From: Phoronis australis
Lineage: Eukaryota; Animalia; Phoronida
Reading direction: 5' to 3'
NCBI GenBank assembly: GCA_002633005.1
Contig: NMRA01000110.1
Span: forward strand, 457,850 to 521,849
DNA length: 64,000 nucleotides
Made by a program: the position numbers and the translations under genes. Positions 50,262 through 63,242 of the stretch are shown here, in pieces. The notes under the pieces were generated by a model, which was not told the origin of the DNA, did not search any database, and was given only the letters and a program-made list of their open reading frames with translations. The stretch's first letter is position 1; the number at the start of each line of letters is the position of its first letter.

Positions 50262-53200
50262 ATGGTTAACTACATGACATTAGCAGGCAGTGCCGCCCTC
50301 CTAGTCCTGTTTGTGATTTCCACTGTGGAGGGTGCGTTGAAGGAGGGCGAATGTGAAGGTGAGTGGTAGTTTTAGTGAAGTAGATAGCATTCCATGTCTA
50401 AGTCTATTGTAGTCCCTGTGGTATGTACATAGCATTCCATGTCTGAGTCTATTGTAGTCCCTGTGGTATGTACATAGCATTCCATGTCTAAGTCTATTGT
50501 AGTCCCTGTGGTATGTACATGTGGTCAACTGTCTATCCCAATGTGTGTACATGTGGCCAACTGTCCATCTCAATGTGACATACAAATAGTGTCTTCAATG
50601 TTTGCACAATAATGATTACCGTTTCTCAGGCTGATAATATTGTTAAAATTCTCAAATATGTAAACCAAAGTTTTTTTATTAGTGCCTAATGCAGTCCATT
50701 CTATAAAATGTGACACCTGTCGCTCTTATTTGTAATGTTGTGGGCTAAATTGAAGATCATTCACATTCATTATATGAATATTGACCTACTGACTGATGGT
50801 TTATAGGACTTATTCTTGTGAATTTTATTTTGTTAAATACACGTTCCGTTCCATTCGCATCCTCGGAACAAAGTTAGACACTCAATAGAACATTGATAAA
50901 GCAACTGACCAAGAGACGTGATTAAAAGACGCACGATATTATGAAACATACTTGATAAAATGACACAGTAATACCACCACAGAACAAAAGCTAGAAACAT
51001 ATACTGAGTGGGACACAGCGGATGTAAAATACTGCAAAGAATTACAAATGGAGGGGGTAACAGGAAAGCCACGCAAACACGTGTAGTGCGCAGCGCGTCC
51101 CTGTTTGCTGCTCATTCAAAACACGCTTCTCGAATGCAATCAAAAGGGACTCCAATACTTTCAGTTGCAGCACATCGTGCTCTAAGTACTGAATTGACAT
51201 GTTTTCCACACTTTCTTGACTGGTGATTTTACGTTCATGACATTGCAGAAAATGTTCTGCGATAGTGCTGTTTTGAAGACGCATAGATAACCGAATGAAT
51301 TTCAGTGTAATTTTAAAAAATGTGATTCTCGAGTGAGAAGTAAAATCAGTTGTTGGTTTATCAAGCATCGTTTTTTAAAGGCTGGCATTTGACTTAATGC
51401 ACACACCCAATCTTAATATTTAGTTTCTCATGTGGATTAAAAAATAGAAAAGGTGACACGCTGTAGATGATAGAATGTGTGTACTTTAGGCTGTGATATG
51501 TAAGTACTGTTAACATGGCAATCGTGAGAAATTTTTAAATTGTTCAAAACTCTCATTTCAGTTTGCATCAAGTTTCTTGGAAAATTTATAGACACTGTAA
51601 CTGAGGAGGACAGGAAAGACTCCGAAGTTATTGAAGAAAAATTTATAAAATTTTGCAAGAAAACGAAAGGAAAAGAGGACAGATTTGTAAGTATACAGTG
51701 ACACCTGGTGGAGGAAAGTGTTGAAACACACTGGTCCCTTCTTTATTGTTACTACTGCTAATCATTGCTCTCTGACATGAAGGGACAGAGTGTAATGTCA
51801 TGCAGGACTATTACCTGAGGAGGAAGGTGCCTGTACCTTCTAAAAGGGTAAAGGTGCCTGTACCTTCTAAAAGGGTAAAGGTGCCTGTACCTTCTAAAAG
51901 GGTAAAGGTGCCTGTACCTTCTAAAAGGGTAAAGGTGCCTGTATCTTCTAAAAGGGTAAAGGTGCTTGTACCCTCTAAAAAGGGAAAGGTGTCTGTACCT
52001 TCTAAAAGGGTAAAGGTGCCTGTACCTTCTAAAAGGGTAAAGGTGCTTGTACCTTCTAAAAGGGGAAAGGTGTCTGTACCTTCTAAAAGGGTAAAGGTGC
52101 CTGTATCTTCTAAAAGGGGAAAGGTGCCTGTACCTTCTAAAAGGTTGTGTGTGCCTTTACCTTCTGAAAGGGGAAAGGTGCCTGTACCTTCTAAAAGGGG
52201 AATTTTCGCACTGTTGTTTACTTTGAGGAGATTTTTGTGATGTTTACTTGAGTACTGTACTAGCACTGCTTGTCATGACAATACTTTTTATGCTTTAACA
52301 AATAACCAAGCATCATCCTGAAATTAAACAATAAAAAGTAAGTCACTGTTACCTCAACCATTAACTTTAAAATACGGAATTGAAGACAACCTGTTGTCAC
52401 GTAACAGATTCATTTGGCCTAGCTACACCTTTGGCGTCCATATGCTGTGCCGTTGTGACACTGTTTGGCTTACGAGGGCAATAACAAGACTATTGTTCAT
52501 TTTCACACAAACACAGAACAATGGAGTTCTTAGTAAATATCTAATGTGGAAAATATCTTTCAAAACTAAGTACGCTAGCACTGCTAACACTTTGAAGACA
52601 AAGTTAGTAAAGCAATGTTTGTAAGGAACAGACTGCCACCTTGTAAAACAGAACCCACTTTTCTGGCACAGTAATGAAGGGTTTCAGCTAAACCATGTTT
52701 TTAATTTCTCACAACACGCCGAAGGATGTCAAGCTGGTTTAAATCCGTTGTTAGTTTTATTAACTTGCTATCAAGGAGATTCCTCTCTACTTCCAGTGTT
52801 ACTACGTGGGTGGTAAGAAAGATTCTGCCACTGGGATACTCAACAGCCTGACTAAACCTATCACATATCACATGCCTGCTGATAAAATCTGTGAGAAGTT
52901 TAAGAAATTAGATGCACAAATCTGTGAGCTGCAGTATGGTAAGCTTGTCAATCATAGTTCTGTTCATTTGATTGGTTCGTGTGATGCTATGGCAACAAGT
53001 TTGATTCTGTGTTGTTTTTGTGTGTATCATCCTCATTATCCTTGTTTTTTGTAGCCAAGGAACAAATGTCTTGAATAACTTTTTAAATATTAAAATAAAT
53101 TTTCATATTTTTAAATCCCTTATTGACGACAGAATCTTATATGAACTAAAGCATTGCCCCAATGTTTGTAATCCTTGGCTGTTTTTTTTCTACAAAATAT

Positions 53201-54227
53201 TGATTATTAATGGAGATTGCCGTATTTTCCACAAACATTAATTTTTTGCCCGAAACTTAAAGACTGTCAAAAATCAGTACTTTTTTCTAAGAATGTTAAT
53301 GTCTTCGTTTTACAGCGCAGTTCTGAGGCGAAAAGGCCTCGTGGAAAGTGTCATACATGGTTTTGTTGCTAAAAATGTTTTATCGAAAATACAGCGATCA
53401 GCATTACAAATTGACTTGTGAAAACACTTGATTGCCCTTTCTTAATCTTGTATTGTTTTAGTTTCATTACTAAGTTAACTTTTGATTTCGATACGCAGTG
53501 AGAGTGAACTCAAAGTTGAATTATCAATATTATCGGAAATAATTAGGGATCTTTTCATGCAACACCCCCAATTTAAGGACTGAGTCCCTATTTATTGTCA
53601 ATGTACTCTGGGCTGAGTTTTTATTTATATTACTAGAAAATGTCTGTAATCAAAGAGGAGCTCACAATGAAGATGGAATGATATAAAAATATTGCATCTG
53701 TGAGTCCATGCAGACACAAATACGCAACAAGACTTAGGGACCTTAGTTGAGTCCCTATTTGGGACTGTTTCATGCAACTGGCCCCTGATTACAAACATTT
53801 GAGCATTATTTGTTGCACTAAATAAGATTTGTGATTGTCTAGGATTTTAAAATACATACTGTTATAGGTGTACAATTACAACTTAAAATTTACACACGAC
53901 CTTAATTTTTGATGCAGTGAAGTCACTGTTCACGCTTGCAATAACAGACTAGGTTTTCTACTCGGTCAGCTTGCATACCATCGGCAGTCATTGGATTACC
54001 AAGGTTATTCCATGAATTCAAATATTCCATATCTCCCTCCAGATAAAACTATTGACCTCAAGACAGCAAATCTCAAGAAACTGAAGGTGAAGGACCTGAG
54101 GAAAATCCTGGATGCTTGGGACGAGGAGTGCAAGGGATGTGCAGAGAAGACGGACTTTATTAAACGTGTGGAGGAACTCATGCCCAAATATGACCCTGAA
54201 GCAGCAAAACATCGCGAGGAGTTATAA
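50262..54227 (+). CDS. MANF: MANF/CDNF (ARMET) family ER-stress protein, 182 aa
   Basis: Exons 50262-50358 (signal peptide then LKEGECE), 51562-51686 ([18 protein letters not shown]), 52797-52938 ([31 protein letters not shown]), 54043-54227 ([38 protein letters not shown]). Saposin-like cysteines, CXXC motif and a KDEL-like C-terminus. Confidence 0.96.
50384..50520. repeat. 45-bp tandem repeat, 3 copies
   Basis: Unit ATAGCATTCCATGTCTAAGTCTATTGTAGTCCCTGTGGTATGTAC. Confidence 0.93.
51824..52200. repeat. 27-bp minisatellite, about 14 copies
   Basis: Unit AAGGTGCCTGTACCTTCTAAAAGGGTA; produces the spurious KVPVPSKRV ORFs. Confidence 0.96.
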
Positions 54228-57200
54228 GGCCGGCTTAGCTTAGTATACAAGGCAAGAAAAGATACCATCACCATGATTGTCCTTCACTGTTGTAAAAGGG
54301 CACATTCAAATTCATTATTGTTGTGGTCAACATGTCAAAACTTATTATTTTGATTAAAATTGAACTATCCAATGTTTTTCCTATGTTGGTGGTACTTAAT
54401 TTTTCCGTTTTAGTGTGAATTTCATTTGTGAACACCATATTTCCAAGCTTGTAACCACGAAAGACTGTTTTAACCAAGGGTCAAAAACTGAACAGAGTTG
54501 ATGTCTTGGACAAGTATGTGTTCCATCAGTTTTAGTCGTCACTCTCGCTCCATTCACCTGTGTGTAGCCATTAGTATGACTCAGTTTTGTTTACATCATA
54601 GTTTTAAGGAAAATGAAAAGGCTCCTGTCTGTGTTGTGCATTGCATTTAGGATTAAAAATTGGTGTTGTCCAGTCCTTAGAAGTTGAGGGTTCTTTTCTT
54701 GCCTCTGTCATAATTCTTTCACTTACATCAGGCACACAGTTCCCATGGTTTGTCATGTGGAGTGTGTTATTAAGGTCAATACAGTTTCAGCATTAGTTGT
54801 CTACAGTCTGAGACTAAGGTCAATACAGTTCCAATGTTAGTTGTCTTCAGTCTGAGCCTCTCCAGTGGTGTAGCAATGAAGACTATCTCTCTCAGATGTT
54901 ATGAAAACACCGGTTCTCGTTTATGTTAAAACTTATTGTTTAATTTGATGTTGTTTTCATGGTTTTTTACCTTTCATTATCAGAGTTTGAAACCATTGCT
55001 TACTACTGTTACATTCAACTTGCATTTGAATTAGAAAAATTTCAAGCTGTGGGTCTGTTGCTTTTTCACTTATCCACAAGTGTAGTTATGGAATGTTGTG
55101 ATGGTCCAGGTAGTGTTTGAACATATGAGCGCACTCATGTGAGTGAATGTGTTGCTGAGTGTTGTTGAGACGCTACTTTCTTGGGAATCGTCATATATAT
55201 ATATATCACAAAAATTACATTGGCCTTCAACTTTATGACAAGTATTTGTCCAAGAGCAGTATGTGCTCTTCTACACACTTTGTTGTTAGAATAACATACT
55301 GACGGTCATAATTCAGATGTTTAGTTCTCTTAACACCATATCAAGATGTCAACCTGCAAACCTTCAGTTAACACTAGTTCATTATTCTTGTCAAAGTTAG
55401 AACTAAATACTATAGACTGTAACATTCTTTCATTTAGTGTCAAAGGTCATAGGTCATCCTTGTACAAGTTCATTATATATTTAATAAAGTTGACACTGAA
55501 CCTGTTCGTTATTTACATAATGGCACAATGTACAGAAAGACTTTCTTGCAACAGATATTTCTCCACAGGCTACAAACAATGCGAATGGTTCCAAAACTTA
55601 GTTTATTTCACATTAAGTCACTAGCTAGTGTCCATTTTGCATTTTTTGTGTCTATTGAGTCAGATACGATTGTATGATCAACTAGTTATGTAATTGTATT
55701 AACCTTGGTACAAAAGTGCATACATATATTAGGAGAATGTATCTCTGATACAACCAAGTAGCTAAAATACATATATCTGAATGGCACACACATAACAACC
55801 CATTTATTCTTAGAGTGACATCGTTGGAACTTTTACAACCATCGCATTTTACCCAAAAATTGTCTGGAGTCCAACAATTATTACTGCAATCCAGAACTCC
55901 ACTGTAGTCATTCAATCTGACTCAAACATGAAATCTTAACAGCAGCTGCATAACAATGCAAGACAGACTGAGCTCAGTGAAGTGCTTTGGGAGAAAAATA
56001 AACTTGCCACAATCAAAGACGCACAGTATTAGGTATGTCCAAAATTGGCTGTGGTCTCTCCTTGTACTTGGATATGCATAGTTTAATGAAGCGGTTACTA
56101 GTAAGATGTTTACTAGTAAGATGGGAGAATGCCGCAAAATAACGACACACAACAGTTAGATCCATTTTGAAATGGGCAAAGAAAAGCATCCACCAATAGC
56201 AGAAATTGAGACAGATTCTACAGTAGTCAGATCTTTCCAAAATAGACGCCAGTCGTTATATTCTGCTAGAAAAACTCATTACAAAATAATCAAAATACAA
56301 GAGATAGTGACTGGAACATGTGCACGGCATGAACTTGACACATAAGTTGCATTGTGGATAATAAATACGTCAGAATGAGAATGGTGCCATGTTACTTCAG
56401 GACAGGCCTATTCTCTCAAGGTTAGAACCAGTGTGAACACGCAGACTCGGTACCAAATGGGTTTTTAACTACAACAATTTACACTGCCAGGTTTTGTAGC
56501 CTCCATGTAAACTAATTTATTCAAGTGTATGACAGTGCTTGATGCCTAGCTTGATACCAAGTCGCCAAATGCAACTTCGGTAAAATCCCAAGTCACCAAA
56601 ACGCCGTGCAGTAGTTTGTTTTCAAAAAAGATTATGCGTACCTCTTCTATACAAAGTTTCCTGCACCATTCAATTTAATCTCTACGATCAGATAGCATGT
56701 GCTTCATAGTCCGATCTCGGCCGATTTTGCCAAAGATTTAAAACTTCCGTCTGTTTACTTCCTGTTGTAATTTAACCACATTTCATGTGTCGAGCTGCTA
56801 TGGTGGCAAATATACTGATTTCACAAATTAAACAGAACAATTGTGAACCAAAGGTAGTGACTCTAGGTAAACTGGTAGTAATTTAAAGTTTGGTAGTGAC
56901 CACGAATTTTGAAATTTCATGAATTTTTGGGGAATATATTGTCCGACTTTGTGGCGAATTGTAATATTTTTTCTCAGGTCACCAAACACAATCTGAAGTT
57001 GCATTGGCGATCTGCACGCCAAATCGTGCATAGCACCAGGAAGAGATAACCAGGAAGGGACAACTGTTTTAGCGCATTTTAACGGATATTCAAAAGTGAT
57101 TTCAAAAGTAAATGTTACAGTCGTCTGGAATCCAAGCATTGTGTTCGAAAGCTTAACTCTTTAGCTATAAAATGACACCACTTTGGTCCCCAAAGACTGC

Positions 57201-57483
57201 ATATTAATGGCACTAGGATGCTTTGAACATGACTTGTTTTACCCTTAAAAAGATGCCTCTTCCCAGGCATGTACTCGGGCATGATCCTCTTTTTTGAACC
57301 AACAGATGTCACTTATATATGCAAATGAGGTTCGAATCTCCTACGTCATATGACGTCATATGATGTCATACGACGCGAACTGAACCCTCCGGTGCCTATA
57401 GCGAATGACTTGAAACGCAGTTCTACCTGATTGGGCAGATCTAAGAAANTTTTGCATAAACGTCTCTTTACAAAAGACTTCAA

Positions 57484-58311
57484 CTACAGTGCCACTGTTT
57501 GTAAAGTTACATTGCTTCTAGTCATTTTCACATTACTAAACCAAGAGTTCTGTCGTTCTTCGAGTCTAGAGTTCACAGCACTGAACCAGTTATTCACATG
57601 CTTGTCCATAGCTTCGTCAAACAAGCATTCTGGCACACTGAATGAGGACACACAATGCTTTATCCCAACAGCCGCATCATCGGGATAGGTAACTGTGACA
57701 TGCACTTTAACCACAACCAATGGTGTCATACTTAAACAATTCTCTGAGTCCTGACCCCTGGTATTATCAAACCAGTACACCACTGGGTATCCTAGGAAAC
57801 AACCAAAAACTGTTGTCAGGTTCCACTTATCACATGGCAATACAACAAGTGAACTCTCTAATTCCAAGCACAACCCAGACCCGGTGTCACTAGTACTACT
57901 GGACTGGATCAGTGAATCCAAAATTGTTGTCAAGTCTTTCACTATAGATTGGGCTGTAATCAATCTTGGAGTATTAAGTTCTGACGAAATGTCAACAAAT
58001 CGTACGCAGTTGAAATTTAAACATGAATTTATCCACATCTTCAAACCATTACAGTTATAGACAAACAAATCTTCTCCGACAGAAAGTACACCCAGACTCG
58101 AAAACAGCAAATTGTTCATTCTTGCTACTGACAGCAAAGCAGCAAGGCTCTTTGTAGTAGTACGCATTTGATCAAATAAATAGGTTGGCTTAATTGCACA
58201 ATCAACAGATAAAATGTCAATAACAATGGACTTCCAATGTTTCTTTGAAGATTTTCCAACAGTTTTTGTGATTATTTCTCTCCAAAGATCCCAGTTTATG
58301 GGCGCAGACAT
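57484..58311 (-). CDS. C1orf74: UPF0739/C1orf74-like (DUF4504) protein, 275 aa, single coding exon
   Basis: Uninterrupted ORF with family-like motifs DILSVDCAIKPTYLFD, WNLTTVFGCFLGYPVVYWF, NCLSMTPL, SFSVPECL and terminal VTLQTVAL. Confidence 0.88.
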   Translation of the reverse strand: MSAPINWDLWREIITKTVGKSSKKHWKSIVIDILSVDCAIKPTYLFDQMRTTTKSLAALLSVARMNNLLFSSLGVLSVGEDLFVYNCNGLKMWINSCLNFNCVRFVDISSELNTPRLITAQSIVKDLTTILDSLIQSSSTSDTGSGLCLELESSLVVLPCDKWNLTTVFGCFLGYPVVYWFDNTRGQDSENCLSMTPLVVVKVHVTVTYPDDAAVGIKHCVSSFSVPECLFDEAMDKHVNNWFSAVNSRLEERQNSWFSNVKMTRSNVTLQTVAL

Positions 58312-58757
58312 CTTGAAACACTACGCCTCAGCATTTGCTTTTGCAATATTGTTGTAAAACGAAAATAATAGACTATCAAAACATAAAAGAAACTATTAAA
58401 AATAATAAAAACAATATAATAAGATCAATTATAAAAGAAAAATGTGATTTTTAGAGTTTTTTTGAGAAATATTTTTAACTCTTATAAACGTATTTGGAGT
58501 ACAAGAATGGAATTTTTTCAATCCCGTACTGGATGACGTCACTCAAGCTCCAAGGTGTTTGTACACAGTATGTCATCGTCGCGGATGTAATGTGTGAAAA
58601 TTGATAGAATATTACACCAAGGCTGGACCTTGCGTAAGTGATCCATGTACAATTGTGTCTATGGAACACTGAAAAACGCGAGTGTTAAATTTTTTGTTAA
58701 AAAGGTCAACGTTGTTCTTGTTTTCTAAAGTTATTGGGTGTACAATTTTGGTGATAC

Positions 58758-58865
58758 CACAGGCACCTTGGCTTTAAATTAAGTAGCCCTCTACAATATA
58801 ATATATTATAATATAATATAATATTATTATATTATATTGTAGAGGGCTACTTAAAGGTGCCTGTG
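58758..58865. mobile_element. 108-bp palindromic MITE-like element with 7-bp TSD
   Basis: CACAGGCACCTT..TTAAGTAGCCCTCTACAATATAATAT pairs with ATATTATATTGTAGAGGGCTACTTAA..AGGTGCCTGTG; GTGATAC on both flanks (58751-58757 and 58866-58872). Confidence 0.8.
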
Positions 58866-59954
58866 GTGATACTGATTGCCAGGTAGCCAGCTAGCTAGTA
58901 TGAAGGCTATCGTCAAAGTACAACTAGGTACCACTGTTTGTTGAACTGTGTTAGACCCTGAAATTTTACACAGCTTAGGTAGATCTGCTCTTCACCTAGT
59001 CTTGAAACCAACATGTAGAGCTGTAAGGACCGGTGGGGTGCTTGCAAAATCTGGGAGTCAATTGACACTCACCTTGCCGCTTGCTCATTACTAAGTCGTT
59101 TAAGTAAAAAGCAATCTAATAAATGTCATTTTTTACACGATTCTCCAACTTTTATTTCAAAGAAAAGTACAATCGCGGAAGACGCCCCATTTGCTATTTT
59201 TTGCTTCACCTTGTGGAATATGACAACAGCTTATTTCGATGAATCAAAACTTGCTTCCAAATTCAGTTTGCTGGTGTTAAATACTAAAAACTTGTAATGA
59301 AATGAAACCAGTTCCAATTATTTGGTGTGACACATATACAACCTCGTGGAAGAAGAACAGTTGATTGAAGAATCAGCTAAATTGACCAATTCATAGTGCC
59401 CTATTTCACGGTCCTGAAAGTGAGTTCATATTATCGCTGCTGACGCTTCACAAATTAAGCAGCAGAATAACAGTCGAAGGGCAATTTTTTTCAGTACCGG
59501 TTAATAAGTTTTGTTTCCTGAAGGAAGGGTGTAGTTTTTAATGACATTAATTTAGTGTCAGTTTTATTTTGCCAGGTTTTTACCAAAACAAAGCTGCATA
59601 TTTATACAGGTTTGCACCAAGGCTAACAATACAAAACTGTATACATGCACAGCTTTGCACCAAACACAATTGTTCAACAATGATATGGCATGAGATAGTG
59701 TGATGTCGTTGTTATAATCCAGGACGTGACCCTTATGCAGGTGGGCACTGATAAGAAGCAACTCCAATCACGCATGGTCTGCTTTTCTGTAGTCTGCCCT
59801 ATATGTTTTGAAATAGGGAACTGATGTAGTTTGATGATGACCTTCTACTGACCTTCCTAGTTATGTGAAACAGTAAAAAGGATTTGATGTCACAACCACT
59901 AAGTTTCATTTCTAGGTATGAAAGCAGCTGGTCTGCCTTGATTTAAATTCCACT

Positions 59955-62900
59955 ATGGGTATAAGTGACCTGTCTGCCATGTTTGAGGTATTGGACCCCT
60001 CCTGCCAGGGTTACCTCACCCCCGAAGACATCCTAGACTTCCACGAGGCTCTTTACTATCAACGTATCGCTGAAGACCAGGTAGAGGGCGCCATTATCCA
60101 CGTGTGTGGTGCCGATGGTGGACTCAAGGTATTCAAGGAAGACTTTCAGGACGTCATTCTGGAACTTGGCCGTCGACGAGAGGTTGAACAGAGGTGTTAT
60201 TGGGACTTTCAGGTAAGGAAAGGGGAACAAGTCTGTGGAGATGCTTTGTGTTTTTACTACTTGCCAGTTATTTGGGAAGTAATCCAAGGCATAGGTATTT
60301 GTTCTTTCTCTAATTGTCAGTCGAAAACCATGTTATTTACTTCAAACTTTAGTTTTACTACATGCACACTTGTTCATTCTCGTACTTTTGATCCCATCAA
60401 TTCAATTCCATCTCAACGCTAACTGGCTGTTTTTCATGTATTTGGATTTTTGACATCAATGGTTGGGAGGCGCTCCTGATAATCTCCCAATATTTTTCTA
60501 AGGCAGACTCATTAGATCGACATCGCAAGCCTTATGTAACCGAGGCATAAATGGAGACCACTAAGGATTTTTTACTGCATTATTACAAATCACCATGCGT
60601 TGATTACATTATGTAATTTAATTAAGCTTCTGTTCTTTCATTTTCTTAATTACATTAATTATGTGGAACTGGTCCTACCGCTTTCTTCTCTTTGTAAATA
60701 AACAATCATAACATCTTATGTTTAATATTTTTGTATCAATGTACAGGCCCTTGATAGAACTGGAAGCAACACGGTCCATTTGAAAGATGCCCTTTTGTTG
60801 TTGAAAGAGACACATGGTGACAAGTTCTCTACACACCTCTGGAACACCTTCATAGCATCACGGCCTGATCCAGCTGTTGACAGTGTTTGCTGGGATGAGA
60901 TTCGAATGTTCCTTTGTAACCAACCAGTGGGGGCTCCTAGTGACTATGACGAAATCTTGTCAATGGAGACATCTATTGACAACAGGAAGAAACAAAAAGA
61001 TGAAGAAGAATACGACAAATACAAAAATCTTATGGTAATTTTGATTGCTGTTTTGTTTTCTCAAGCTTACTGTAGAATGTACTGTCTTAGTAGTTAAAAT
61101 TGATTATCGTTCTTGATTGAATAGTTAACTTAATTAGTTATTACATATTCAATATTTAAATTTCAACATTTTGGAATAATTTTCTGTAGTTACATATCGC
61201 GGGCCATGTCACCAGTGTTAGAAATACAACGTGGCCAGGGGTCAGTGGATTTAGAGCTGCGCCAGTAAACTTTCACATAATTATAGGCCCTATGTAGTTG
61301 TGTTCTCATATTCAAGTAACTGGCCTGGTGTGCCAGCACATTTATTCGCTGAAGGTTGAACACTGCGCGTGACTGATGATGGGTTTCATTTTTATATCGT
61401 ACTCTGTCACATGATCAGGTGTTATATCAGCTTCATAGCTTGATGGAGCAGACGAACAACGAAAGGATCTGAAATCAAATGATTAAATCGGGAATGTTTT
61501 GAGACTCCGTAATCAGATTCTTGTACCTGTGTTTAAATCTGAGATTTTGTTTCAGCATTGTGATGATGTTACTGTGAATTATTCATGTTTATTGCAGCGT
61601 CAAGACAGCAGCCGAGTGTTTGAAGCTAGAGAGAGGGAAGATTACGAAAATAAGGTCAAGAAACAGGCCAAGCGCAAGCAAAACAAGTAAGCTACTATGT
61701 CATGATGGATGTACATTCAGACAGTTACTGGATGCAAAAAGTTTTTATTTTCATATTCAGCCTCTTGGTTGATAAAATACTTTGCGGCCAGTTTTTGTAA
61801 ACCACTTTGTGCGCTTGTATATTTGGACGTGTCCCTGTTCATTGTGTCCAAAACCTGTGCACCTGCGTCTAAGACTGAAATAGATTACAGACATGTCACG
61901 TGTTGAAGACTAAACATAAACCTCATGTGCTTTAGGTTATACTGAACTGGAGTAAAATGTCCAAATTTGGCTAACTTTGGAAATCATCTCGGATATTGCT
62001 GATCAGATTCAAAATGAAAACAATTCTAGACACTGTGCGTTTTGCACTGTTCTTCAAAATGCTGTTGACTTAGTCGAACTTTTGCTTGTGGGTTTGTCAA
62101 ATGTTATGACCAATTGGATTTTTATGTTAGTAAAGACAATGAAATGGAAACAACAGTTTAGAAAACTGTAACTGCGTTTTTTTGAGATTTCATCTTAAAC
62201 ATTTGTATCAAAAAGAAATTTGGTCATGTTATTGTTAAAATCCTTTTGTTATAAATGACTTTTTTTCTTTTTTTTGGTTAATTTTTCTAAAAAGACGTCA
62301 AAAGACCATCTACTAGTGAAATAATTTTTGTAATGTTTCTACTTTGCTTCAATATGTACTTTGACAGAGTTTAATTAATAGTTCTGAAGATTTTGGCTAA
62401 AATCACAGACTTGTCAGAAGGGTTACACATAACAAGTACTCATAAAAAGTGGAAACAGGCTAAAGAAATTAAGTAGATAACCTTAAATTTTAATGAACTG
62501 AACTACAAACTTGGAGCTTGGACTTTTTGACATAGTTGTGATGGGACTTGATTAAAAAATTGAGTATCATGCGTTACGTATTGTGTTATGTTGACCAGGT
62601 GTATCATGTCTTACCTTGTGTTATGTTGACCAGGTGGGAGAAGGATGGGTTGGAGGCCATGTTTAAAGATGATGGAAAGGACGTGGGTGTTGACGAAGTG
62701 AAGAAGATGCAACATCATGTGGGAGTGAACCAGATACTGGACGTATTGGAACACAAGTATAATATGATCCGGGAGAAATTGTTCTGGGACATGCTGCAGA
62801 ATCAAGGTACATGTGAACGCAAACAATGCATGTATTAAAATTAACTTTAAATTGTTTACCCAAGTGCCTCCTTATTGTAGTTTATTGTGAGTTTGCTAAA

Positions 62901-63242
62901 GCCGACTAAGATTAAATTGCTGACTTAAGGCTTATCTCAGATTTCATAAACTGCCATGACAAGGCAGGTGCTAAGAGTCTGTTGATTAACATCCAGTGAT
63001 GTGTTTTGGTGTTATTACATTAGTATCAAGTCGTATCTGGTTCCACGTAGTTGTTGATCATATGCTTGGTGGTTGTACTCCTTCAGAGGACGGTATGTGG
63101 CCATCCCTGCATGAGACAGAGAGAATGGAACAGTTCAGTCAGCTACAGATCCAAGTGAAACACTTGCGCAAAGATGGTACACTGGACAAACACAGCGGTC
63201 GACTGCCCGGGGCTCTGTATAGTCAAGAGGAGTCACTCTATG
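59955..63242 (+). CDS. Uncharacterised protein with N-terminal EF-hand-like motifs followed by a charged helical region; 3'-partial
   Basis: Exons 59955-60212 (MFEVLDPSCQGYLTPEDI), 60747-61034 (ALDRTGSNTVHLKDA), 61598-61686, 62634-62806, 63087-63242. All GT-AG, phases consistent, no stop before the window ends. Confidence 0.82.

Noticed and set aside
51800-52266. 146-aa and 151-aa repetitive ORFs on both strands
   Set aside because: Stop-free 27-bp minisatellite inside a MANF intron.
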